A stretch of DNA of 62,651 nt, the filler included, from Nemertoderma westbladi (Eukaryota; Animalia; Xenacoelomorpha): assembly GCA_032718475.1 (NCBI GenBank). It is 4 parts of 4 records of this genome, joined end to end, with 100 filler letters (N's around TTAATTAATTAA, not from the genome) between each part and the next. Parts side by side here need not be neighbours in the genome. Positions count along the whole stretch, not along the records: positions 46,031 to 59,430 come from JAUCBJ010004111.1; positions 59,531 to 62,651 come from JAUCBJ010002496.1; 2 more parts are not named here. One strand, written 5' to 3'. Of the stretch, positions 53,201 to 62,651 are shown piece by piece (position 1 is the first letter of the stretch; the number at the start of each line of letters is the position of its first letter). A program made the position numbers and the translations under genes. Below the pieces are notes generated by a model. That model was given only the letters and a program-made list of their open reading frames with translations, searched no databases and had not been told where the DNA came from.

Positions 53201-56200
53201 TTGGCGACTTGTGTGGTCAACTCTTGAATCTCACCCTGGTAGAACTCCTCCGCAGTAAGCTCGTAGACACTTTGCTTAACGACATCGCGATTGGGAGTGA
53301 TGGAGTCAACCGTGCCGAACACTAACTCCTTCTCTATCGGCGGTATATATTCGGGCATCCCCGAGCTGATCGGGTACCCAACGTTGGAAAGAACACGTAT
53401 CGCATCCAGTCGCGTCTTGTACACCGGGTGTTCCGACTGATCGCGCATTAACTTCATTACGAGGTTGTTTCGCAGCGAGCCCAACAAGGGAACCGCGTAG
53501 TTCACTTCTATAATCGAGTCGCATATCATCTGGTAGGTGTGCGGATTGGCATGTTCTAGAAGGTTAACTAATCTACGGATGACGCTTTCAATGAAAATTG
53601 TCCGTTTGTTCTGTTGCAGCTCAGGTTCAGTCGATTCCTGATTATTGATGTCGAGAATCTGTTCGGATCCCTGTTGTAACTTATACCACGGTCGTTGGAT
53701 TACTTTACCAACAAGCATCTGATTGTCGCCATCCAAAACAAACCGGAGTATTGCTTCCAATGAATACGCAACTGATCTAGTATTAGTTGGAGACAGCATC
53801 AGGAACAACTCTTTCGCCCCTTTATCAATGTAATCGCGATTGTTCTTGAAGCATCGTATAATCTTGGAGGACATTGTTAGACCCCCTTCGTGGTCGAATC
53901 TGCGGTATACTGGTCTGACTTCGTCCGACCCCCTTTTTTCTTTTGCAACTATTTTATGTTTGTGGATATCAATGAGGTCATCTTCAACGTTGTTAAACAT
54001 GTCGTCAATGTTCGGATCATCCATACGAGGGTATCCTCCTGGAGGACTAACCATGAACTCTTGGTCTGAGGCGTGGCATGGTGGTGGAGGAGGTAGCTCC
54101 TTTCCATCAAAAACAGGTGATATTGATGACTCCGTGTGATCAGAAGTAGATTCACCATCTGCAATATTACTCTGTTTCTCTGGTGATTCCCTAGCTTTTA
54201 GCTTGTATTGTTTCTCGATCACTTCATCCAGCTGTTTGTCGATATAAAGATAGTCATTATCAACCAATCTCTTTAAATAATATTTTGGGAAACATTGTGA
54301 GACACAAACGTAGCGAAGGTATTGAACCGCCGCTACTAGGATGTCAGACCGATCATTTGCGAACACCACACCAGATACCGGACCATCGAATACAAGCTCA
54401 CGAACAAGTTCAGCCTTGAAGTTCCATATCTTAAACATTCGGTCACAGCCGGATGTTACAAAGAGTCCGGTGTCTGGCGAACTGCAAAGTCCATTAATCT
54501 GGGCTTCGTGGGCTGTTTCGGAATCTGGAGAAGCCCAAATGACGTCTCCTCTTTTGTTCACTTCACGGATGATTGTTGGCTGGGGCAATCCTTCACAAAT
54601 CTGACATTGAATTTTCCGGCTGTGGAAGGTGATAATTTTTACGGATTTCTCAGGAAGAACAACGCAAAGCACATTACGTATCATAGCCATATAAAGCGGA
54701 CACTTTGGACCAATAACGACTCGCTCAATTTGCAGCTTAACCTTTAGCAAATCCACAATGACAATCCTCCACAGCTTGATGTAACCTTGTCTACACGCTG
54801 AAGCTAAATGACATGAAGAACCGACACAGACAGTGTGAGCGCCCCTCCCAAGGTGGCTGTAGGACGATGTCATACATTGAATGGGATCTTTATGTGCTCG
54901 ATGCCAGTGGGACATAGTATAAGAACAACTATAGATTACGGAAATACACCCGTTTATGTGTCCCCCCATGATCATGCATCCCCCAACATCGTCAACAATA
55001 AACTGCGACACATCAACAGCAACCAAACAAAGCGTATGGCTCTTAGGCTGATAAGAAGTTTTCTTTTGTACGGGATCGCAACTGAAGTCTGCAACTACAA
55101 TTTCGTGAGTTTCAGCCAAGACCATAACTAAGTTGCTCATGCATGGATCGTAAGCCCAAGCTTCGAGATCCTTAGTGCCGCAGACACGGCCAGGATTAAA
55201 TGACATTTCCACCACGCCCGTAAGAGCGTTTACTAGACGCATAGTCCAATCTTCAACAGTAATTAACAGTTTTGGGGATTGTTTGTAAAACGTTATTTTT
55301 TTCATTCTTGTTATGGCGGAATCGCGCTGAACTATTTGCGCGAACTCTTCATGAACGCTGGCGATATCAAAGAGATACAAGGCGCGGTTGGTCCAACAGT
55401 ACATGTGAGACTTAGAAACCAATTCGATATCCCTTATTGTAGTATTCAGAGCGCATTTGTAGACTAGAGCGAAGTTATCCATTCTCCACATGGTTATTAC
55501 CCCTGATTGGCAGGCCGCTATAAAGAATGGGTCTGTTGGATGAATAGACAGTCCTGTGATTGGATGTTCGTGAACGTTGTCCATCCTGCGTATTACTTTC
55601 AATGAAGTGGCGGTCAGTATTCGCAATGACCCGCTCTCCATGCCAACAACAAAGTAGTTATTGGTTGCGTAATAAATCCATCTAGAAGCTACATTTGGAA
55701 GCGTAAAAGGATGAAACGATACTTCATCCTCGAACGTGCAGTCTAACATGTGTAGGCCGGTATTGGTGAGAACAAACAGATTATCAAGAACATCCTCGTA
55801 ATGTATTCTTTTAACAACCTCGTCATGGCCGATGATGCATGTAAAATTGAAATACTCGTGTATAGATGCTAATTTAACTTTCCAAAAACGAAGACTTCCT
55901 TTATGGCCGGTAACTAAAGTGTCGCTGGTTTTTATGTAAAATATACAAGTAACCGGATCTCGTAATGGGTGTGAGCACGCTTCGGTAAAACTGTAGGATC
56001 GCCCCCCAAGAACCTTGATGGCGGCCTGATCGCAGCAGTAACACACGGCGAAGGTGCTACCCGGTACATGGACCAATAATGTGCTGCAGAAACTCAAAGG
56101 GAATGTGGACGAGCTAACTTGTTTTGTGATGATGTCGAAGGACCAGTACTGGACATTGGAAAAACAGGTTATTGGGTTCTTATACAGACACATAAATTCA

Positions 56201-59200
56201 AATACGTCTTCTGTGGTTTTGTGAGACACAGCCAGTAGAGAACGTGATACATTCATTTTTGCTGCTCGTTTTGGTCCATTTGGAATCAGAGAAAATTCAT
56301 CGCTTGCTCCTGTCTTTGTTTGTAAATACTCGAAAATATCACGTTGTACACGCCCCCATGCCTTTATCGCACGCCTCACCCCAGGACTATCTTTTATTAT
56401 TATATTTGCCATAATTTAAAATTATAGAGGTAGTTAGTGCGAACTATGTTACAGTTCAATGATTTTAGCTAGCCCTGGTCAAATAAATGTATTAAATTCT
56501 AGAAAATTGTTATGGTTTCTGTGCGGGAAAATTACATTTTTACTGCACGGATAGTGTGGCTTATGTAATTTTATCTTTCTGCTGCGAAGTTCTAATTATG
56601 TTCTTATTTTGTTAGATTTCCTCCCTAAAATCCGGTATAAAGTCCCAAGTTGGTTACGGAGACAGTTTCTCTCGACTGTTCCTTCGGACTCTAGTAGATA
56701 TATTTGGTAATTACCGGGCCGGACTGCAGTCCAAGGATAACTCGCTAAACTTCAACCGAGACCGGTTCATCGAGTCCTTCCCGCCGCAGCACAGACCCTT
56801 CATGGAGGACATGATGGAGTTGCAGACCTTCCAACAGTTCATCGACAGTCGTCTCGAGTTGCTTCTCTCCCCCTCCGGATTCTCGGACGAGTTCGAGCTG
56901 GAAATCAACGCGAGTCGCGCCGCTAAGAAGAACCTTGACTCCACCACAATCGCGAATATGAAACGAACCGGCGAGAATGTTTTACATTCGGTTAAAAGCA
57001 AAGCGAAACTCCGGGCCAAGGACACCGCTGCGTTGGCTAAGCTCGGTATGAAACACGTTCGTACGAAGTTGGTGCAACGCGATGATGGTTCCATTGGACA
57101 CCCGTTCAATACCACCAAAACGGTTAGTTTATTAGCTTCTGGTGCAGTCCACATGGATACATTGCAGTTTTAGGGCACAGCGGAATTTCTAAACAATGCC
57201 AATGGTAATTGTAGTCCCGCCATGAGGGATAATTCCCTGTTTTGGCAAAGATATGTTGAGAAACAGATGCCATGTGCATCAAATTGCTAAAATATTAGTT
57301 TTCTATTTGAAAAGTGCTAAATTTCGAAAAATGCTAATTCGTTACGAAAAATTATCATTTTTATAGGCATTTTACATTTTAACATAATAAGAATACATTT
57401 AATGGTACTGAATGAAACGCAGAGAATATTTATTATTTTGATTTATTATTTGATTATTTTGTTGTTTTTGGAAATTCCTAGCATTCCTAGCAGCTATCAC
57501 CACCCCCCCCCCCCCCCCCCACACCCCCCGTCTCTCCACTATAAAATATAGTGGTTTTTATTTTTATTGTGATTTAACTTGTCAATATTTTGAGGTCCAC
57601 AAATCTGATGGGTTGGATTACAATCCCTCGTTTAGTCCAGTAATTAGTCCCTAGTATGTTGTACCAGCCAAAATGATAAACTGATTAAATTACTAACAAA
57701 TTAACTTTGTGGAATTAGCAAAATAATAAAAAACTCACGGATAGATTGTGAATAATTTTATGGTTACCTGCGTTACCCCATTTGTTTCACCATTTTTGGC
57801 TATTTATGTATTTATATATTGCAGCCAACGGACTCAAATAACACGGTGGCGGCCGCGATCCATCGAGCCGGCACAATGGAGACTCTGAGTCCGCCACGGA
57901 CCGCGACCGTTTCTCGGAGCGGAAGTTCCCCGATGTCGCGGCCCCAGTCCTCGGATCGGTCGATGGGCCGTAAACCCAACTCCTGTGCTAACCTACTGGG
58001 CGGTCTCGGAACGGGAGATCTGGAGGATGATCTAGCTGCTACTGCGTTGGTAGGTTTAGTTTGTATCGCTGCAAAAACATATCTGGCGGAGCAATGTAAG
58101 AAAACGCGAAAGTACCAAAAATTATCTATTACATGAATAACAAATATATTTATTATCCGTAATATCATATCCATTGATAATAATCGTATATAAGTAAATC
58201 GAATTAGTTTTACTTAGATGAACTTCTACTTTATTCCCCTCTTTATTCTCTTTCCCCCCTTACTATACGTACTCCACTTTATTTCCCGTCTTTATGTTAT
58301 TTCCCTCTCCATATACGTACTCTACTTTATTTCCCCCTTTATGTTATTTTCTCCCCTTCCTATACGTACTCTACTTTATTTCTTATGTGCTCTACTTTAT
58401 TTCCCTCTTTATGTTATTTCCCCCTTCCTATACGTATTCTAGTTTATTTCCCTCTTTATGTTATTTCCCCTTCCTATATGTACTGTACTTTATTTCCCTC
58501 TTTATGTTATCTCCCCCCTTCCTTTACGTACTTTACTTTATTTCCTTTTTATGTTATTTCCCCCTTCCTTTACGTACTCTACTTTATTTCCCTCCCCAGT
58601 CGCACTCACCTCCGGGTAACCTCCGCGGCAGCTCTTCCACTTCGGACCTCCTCGACATAGACGTTCTGTTCCCGCGGATCTCCCCGCACGGGAGTCCGCT
58701 CCGTCGCCAACTCTCCCCGATCGCGGACCTCCCGTCCCCGACGGACGCGGACCGCGGTAGCCCGTTCTACACACCCGAGTCGACGCCGCCCCAACGCCGT
58801 AAACAACCCAAACCCCAACCGCCCCCGCGGCCCAACCGCCGTCGTCCGCAGGTCGACCTGCTGACCGACGAGGCCCCCTACCGGTACGACTCAGTATACA
58901 GCAGTCAGTCTAACGACGTGGATCGAGACGAACTGTTCACATCGTCGGTGGACGTCCTCAGCGGACCGAGTGGAGTCGATCTGTTAACCGACGAGGGGAA
59001 CCCGCGCCCACAGACACTGTACCCAGTCTCCGGGGACACCTTCAGTCTCCCTCAGGGCATGTCGTTGCCTTGGCAACAACCGCGACCCCGCCTGATGGAA
59101 CATCGGACAGACACCCCCTCGAAACATTTACCGAGAAGTCCAGTAAAGAGTCCGTTGCTAGCTCTCAGTTCCTCCGGGTCCGAATCTTCTAATCGGTCCT

Positions 59201-59382
59201 CCATCGATCTCCTCACTGAGATTCAACACGATTTGAACTTTTTAATTTCGCCGCAGGATGGAGCTGACTACTCGTTGCATAGCAACGTGGAACTGTTGGC
59301 AGACTTGGACCCCATCCCCAGCTGGGAGTCACAGTCGAATACTTTAAAACGGCATACAGACACTTGGGAAACGTTTGAATGA
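50239..59382 (+). CDS. DENND1: DENN domain protein 1 (connecdenn, Rab35 GEF family), 3' exons 50239-50377, 56616-57122, 57825-58049, 58600-59382; 5' part outside the contig
   Basis: APMPFIVGVHLSLL...VVFDIDTNKL | ISSLKSG...FGNYRAGL...LQTFQQFIDSRLELL...GFSDEFELEIN. Canonical splice sites with phase-0 joins. C-terminal WETFE (WxxF-acidic AP-2 motif) and repeated DLL motifs. Confidence 0.9.
51168..51533 (+). mobile_element. RTE LINE fragment in the DENND1 intron
   Basis: LNRLSRIWKS...VLLYGSPCWALTAEDTK; same family as the 19.4 kb and 33.3 kb copies; frameshifted. Confidence 0.88.
52486..56412 (-). CDS. WDR87: WD40-repeat protein, WDR87/WDR97-like (1308 aa), intronless, nested antisense in a DENND1 intron
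   Basis: Multiple WD repeats, e.g. HEAQINGL...FVTSGCDRMFKIWN followed by VFANDRSDILV, which resembles WDR87. Then a helical region and a K/S-rich tail. The ORF is secure; the orthology is tentative. Confidence 0.7.
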   Translation of the reverse strand: MANIIIKDSPGVRRAIKAWGRVQRDIFEYLQTKTGASDEFSLIPNGPKRAAKMNVSRSLLAVSHKTTEDVFEFMCLYKNPITCFSNVQYWSFDIITKQVSSSTFPLSFCSTLLVHVPGSTFAVCYCCDQAAIKVLGGRSYSFTEACSHPLRDPVTCIFYIKTSDTLVTGHKGSLRFWKVKLASIHEYFNFTCIIGHDEVVKRIHYEDVLDNLFVLTNTGLHMLDCTFEDEVSFHPFTLPNVASRWIYYATNNYFVVGMESGSLRILTATSLKVIRRMDNVHEHPITGLSIHPTDPFFIAACQSGVITMWRMDNFALVYKCALNTTIRDIELVSKSHMYCWTNRALYLFDIASVHEEFAQIVQRDSAITRMKKITFYKQSPKLLITVEDWTMRLVNALTGVVEMSFNPGRVCGTKDLEAWAYDPCMSNLVMVLAETHEIVVADFSCDPVQKKTSYQPKSHTLCLVAVDVSQFIVDDVGGCMIMGGHINGCISVIYSCSYTMSHWHRAHKDPIQCMTSSYSHLGRGAHTVCVGSSCHLASACRQGYIKLWRIVIVDLLKVKLQIERVVIGPKCPLYMAMIRNVLCVVLPEKSVKIITFHSRKIQCQICEGLPQPTIIREVNKRGDVIWASPDSETAHEAQINGLCSSPDTGLFVTSGCDRMFKIWNFKAELVRELVFDGPVSGVVFANDRSDILVAAVQYLRYVCVSQCFPKYYLKRLVDNDYLYIDKQLDEVIEKQYKLKARESPEKQSNIADGESTSDHTESSISPVFDGKELPPPPPCHASDQEFMVSPPGGYPRMDDPNIDDMFNNVEDDLIDIHKHKIVAKEKRGSDEVRPVYRRFDHEGGLTMSSKIIRCFKNNRDYIDKGAKELFLMLSPTNTRSVAYSLEAILRFVLDGDNQMLVGKVIQRPWYKLQQGSEQILDINNQESTEPELQQNKRTIFIESVIRRLVNLLEHANPHTYQMICDSIIEVNYAVPLLGSLRNNLVMKLMRDQSEHPVYKTRLDAIRVLSNVGYPISSGMPEYIPPIEKELVFGTVDSITPNRDVVKQSVYELTAEEFYQGEIQELTTQVAKGLQNISIESIREAPTELVTNSNSTLKRESVNKPEGNRRKSDKLPVKNLKPEPKKAGLALKEDKDNKTSQDSFMRKATTMATARKSRKISAQNQISSKSLEAKQLPGHKEISVAKITEGKGVSRVTSEYSRRSFSATTKQTFSKSLPHLRNQTKNVDSLKEVENQSQMEKVNKVMVPKKIRKVPKSTFKKPGALEKRDIDEVIENWNNRFNTMMDELESLAPGWRRIKPQKRPVYKLY
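58225..58599 (+). repeat. ~47-bp pyrimidine-rich tandem repeat (~8 units) ending at the last DENND1 acceptor
   Basis: tatacgtactctactttatttccctctttatgttatttccccttcc units. The last one runs into tttatttccctccccag|TCG (58600). Confidence 0.88.
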
Positions 59383-59430
59383 AATAATGTTTAGAATCAC
59401 TTTATTCCGTTGCAGGTGGATAAAAAGAGA

Positions 59431-59530
59431 NNNNNNNNNNNNNNNNNNNNNNNNNNNNNNNNNNNNNNNNNNNNTTAATTAATTAANNNNNNNNNNNNNN
59501 NNNNNNNNNNNNNNNNNNNNNNNNNNNNNN
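59431..59530. other. Artificial contig spacer
   Basis: N-TTAATTAATTAA-N, 100 bp. Confidence 0.98.
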
Positions 59531-59737
59531 TATAGAGTTATTCGTCCAGTTTAAATTACTTAATAATTTATAAATCTATGGATGTTAAAAATCATAATAA
59601 AATATTTAATTTTCTATTAAATCTGCTTTAAAAAGTAGGAATTAAGTATCTCATTTCTCTATTAATATTTAAGATATAATATTAGTAAACATTATTATTG
59701 TTTTGGTTCGGAAATAGAAAAAATGAGCAAGCACGTC

Positions 59738-59807
59738 ACCGAGGGTTGAACCAGCGCTATACGTACATTTCGGCCTATCAGGCCTAACCAGTTCAGCCAC
59801 TTGCCCC
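59738..59807 (-). other. Degenerate tRNA-like/SINE head
   Basis: Minus strand ggggcaagTGGCTGAACTGGttagg...GGTTCAACCCtcggt has A/B-box-like motifs; no convincing acceptor stem. Confidence 0.4.
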
Positions 59808-60099
59808 TGACACTTACTCTCCCACGTAATACACTTCTACAGAACAGGCGGTCTTAAGTTGCATATTCCTGCTGTTGCAGTAACAGCTCAACTGAAATTC
59901 TTTTAATTCTTTTTTTATTTTTTGTAGATTTTTGAATAATAATTTTCCAAAAGTCACTGTGACGTTGGGTTCGACATTAAACATTTCCTGTCCCAAGACA
60001 AACGACAACCAGCAATATTCCACTCTCTATGAAACAACCAAACATGGTTAGTAGTTTCTTTTAATCTTATTTTACTTATTATTATTAGTGTTTTGGGTG

Positions 60100-60602
60100 G
60101 CTTGGGTAGCTCTATCAAAAATGGATACCATCTGGAAATCAGATCTCTCCAGGAACCTGAAGACTTAAGTTCTTTCGAGCCACAGTGGAAATTGTACTTT
60201 TATACGGGTGAGACCTGGACACTGACTAAATCACTTGAACAACGAATTGATGGTTGCAACACAAGACTACTAAGGGCAGCCCTAAACATCAGCTGGAGAC
60301 AACACATTACAAACACCGAGCTCTAGGGTACAATATTACCTGTATCAACCACACTCCGTGAACGCAGATTACAATTCAGTGGTCACTGCTGGAGAAGTAA
60401 AGACGAGGTCATACCAGATCTACTTTTCTCGCAACCAACACATGGAAAGCGTACCCGTGGACGACCGGTTATAACATATATAGACCAGCTTGAAAGGGAT
60501 ACTGAACTTGGGAGAAACAAAATTGCGACAACTATGGAGAATCGGGAAGCCTGGAGGGATCTCATTTCCACTGTCCGAGTTCGCTCGACCTAGTAGTAGT
60601 AG
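60100..60602 (+). mobile_element. 5'-truncated RTE LINE (second family) with TSD
   Basis: ETWTLTKSLEQRIDGCNTRLLRAALNISWRQHITNTEL...RLQFSGHCWR...GRP. (TAG)n tail. TTTGGGTG at 60092-60099 and 60603-60610. Confidence 0.88.
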
Positions 60603-62651
60603 TTTGGGTGAATAAGTGGTTACAAATTATTCTAACTTTGGGCTCAGCTTGGCAAAGTCGGCATAGACGTCCAGGTTGGATCGAACTATAGTGACCAACC
60701 TGGAGGTCACCAGTTCGATCCCACCTGGACGTCAATGCCGGCGAAATTCTGCCTAACAAAATTTTACTTATATGACAGAATTAGTAAACGTAGCACTCGG
60801 TAGCATTAACATTGACAAAGCTTTGACAAAGTTTTAAGCTGCAAAGACGACAGAAGTGTGCGTTAGCGTGTGCTTGTTCTATAGGAGCGTTCTGGTGAGA
60901 GAAAACTTGGTTGTAAATTGGCATAAATGTAGATAAATTGGTGAGTTCTATGGCTGTTTGCGATGGTGGAGGTGTTGCGATGTGGGGCGGCCGGCGATGT
61001 ATGCAAGACCCAGACTAGTAGGATAGAAAATCTACTATAACAAGTCGAGGGAGCACGTTCAGTGGAATTGAGGTTCTTCCTAGTTTAATTAATGATCCTC
61101 TACATTTAAAAAAATTTCGTTTCTTCCAAGACCCTTTTCACTTTTATTGAAGCTGACGACCAGATTATTATCAATGGTCACCAAGTTTCCATTAACATTA
61201 AAAGTCATGTATTTGGTCGTGGCAATCCAACCTCCTTAACATCATTATCCACTTTATCCAGTAGAAGCATCTGTTAGCGTATTATAGAAAGCAGGACGAT
61301 GGCAAATGCAAAGTTGGTGTCAGTGACTGACTGTATGAGATTAATATATATGCCGCTTATAATTAGATATATATATAATAAGCATAGATCGGATAGCAAA
61401 AATCTTAGCTTAATAATATATGAAATAAAAGCTTGATATATTCCGTTGTTATATATGTTGGAAAACTGTCCTTACTATTTGCGCCTTACCAATGCTAGTA
61501 GTTTGATTTCGATTTTCTCCGACATTTACTCTCCCGGAGTAACACATCTACATCTACTGTATTATGCATGTATACCTGCATCAATCAATTTATTTCCCTA
61601 GGGCTGCTAGCGCAGTACATAAAGGCAGTTCAAACCTATCGCTTGGTCCACTTACTCACCCTAACCAGCATATGCTACTTACTGATTTGAAAATTACGTC
61701 TTTTCCTTTGAGACTACATTTCCAGGAGTAATATGGCTAATGGAAACTTTTCTATTATCTATGCCAATGCTATTAATGCATAAATCTGAAACTCATGTTA
61801 TCCTTAAGTTTATGGTCTCATGTGATATTCCCATAATCTTACATGGCTTCATTAGATGGAAATGTATTTTTGAGAAAGCCCCTAACTTCTACTGACTAAT
61901 TATTATTTCCAATTTCAATTGGAATCGATGGCGATATTGTATACTTGAATACTTGCATGGGTTGCAAGCAAATATAATGGATCACTTAAGAAACGCAAGA
62001 CAATGATCATTTATCACTCTTATTACAGTAATTAGTATATTAAATGCAAGTCAACTAACTCATGTTAGCCCAGATCCATCATAACAATAATTGTGGTCTT
62101 AAATGCCTAACGATGGCGCATTCTCAACTCAGTTACGCGCGTCCATACTCCATTCACGTCAAACAAATAGTAATTACAAATTTGTTTGTGGAATTGTAAT
62201 GGTTTTTACTTTGTTGAACCTGTCACACTTTATGTCTCTTGTCTTTCCTAGAGCTTGCAATTACTTTATCCGTGTTGTCTGATGCGTCTTTCCTTTATAG
62301 GCCTAACACAACACTCGGTCCGTCCAGGTCCAATTGAGGTGGTATGCAGGTGGGTTGTAGCTTAAGGATAATTGAACCGCGCGCTGCTCATTGTGAGTGA
62401 GAATGACATCTGTTGATGTGGAAATATTCCACAGAGAGTAAACATTCCTGGTTTGGAAGCAGAATGTGTAAACTCTATTGGTAGATTGATTGTTCCTTAT
62501 CTCCGAATGTAACAACTAACTGTGGTTTTGGATAAACTCAGGATTACATTGAGGGTTTCAACTGCGCGTATATACATATAGAGCCCCGTGTGGTAATCAA
62601 TATACCCTTATTAGCAGCTCAGCACACACATGTTCGCTGCTCAGGAATGCA

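Noticed and set aside
58294-58599. Hydrophobic N-terminus of the 362-aa ORF
   Set aside because: It is the translation of the intronic pyrimidine repeat. The exon starts at 58600.

Overview
AT-rich animal (invertebrate-type) genomic DNA. It is four contigs (1-23316, 23417-45930, 46031-59430, 59531-62651) joined by artificial N-TTAATTAATTAA-N spacers, so linkage across the spacers is unproven. Contig 1 holds an intronless minus-strand ORF of >1264 aa that the ORF track missed (7 Cys4 zinc ribbons, an OTU protease, then a probably Helitron-like region), an ~8.75 kb 27-bp minisatellite, MITEs, an RTE fragment and a SINE. Contig 2 holds an intronless Vang/Strabismus gene broken by +1 insertions, exons of a CCDC175-like coiled-coil gene with a nested THAP gene, an inverted-repeat-flanked 117-aa ORF, C1QBP, and hAT/Harbinger/Tc1-like elements. 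Contig 3 holds the 3' half of a DENND1 (connecdenn) gene with a nested antisense WDR87-like gene. The most striking feature is the 1454-aa repetitive 'ORF' there: it is 61 in-frame tandem copies of a DENND1 intron-exon junction. Two other tandem repeats in the window also sit on splice sites.
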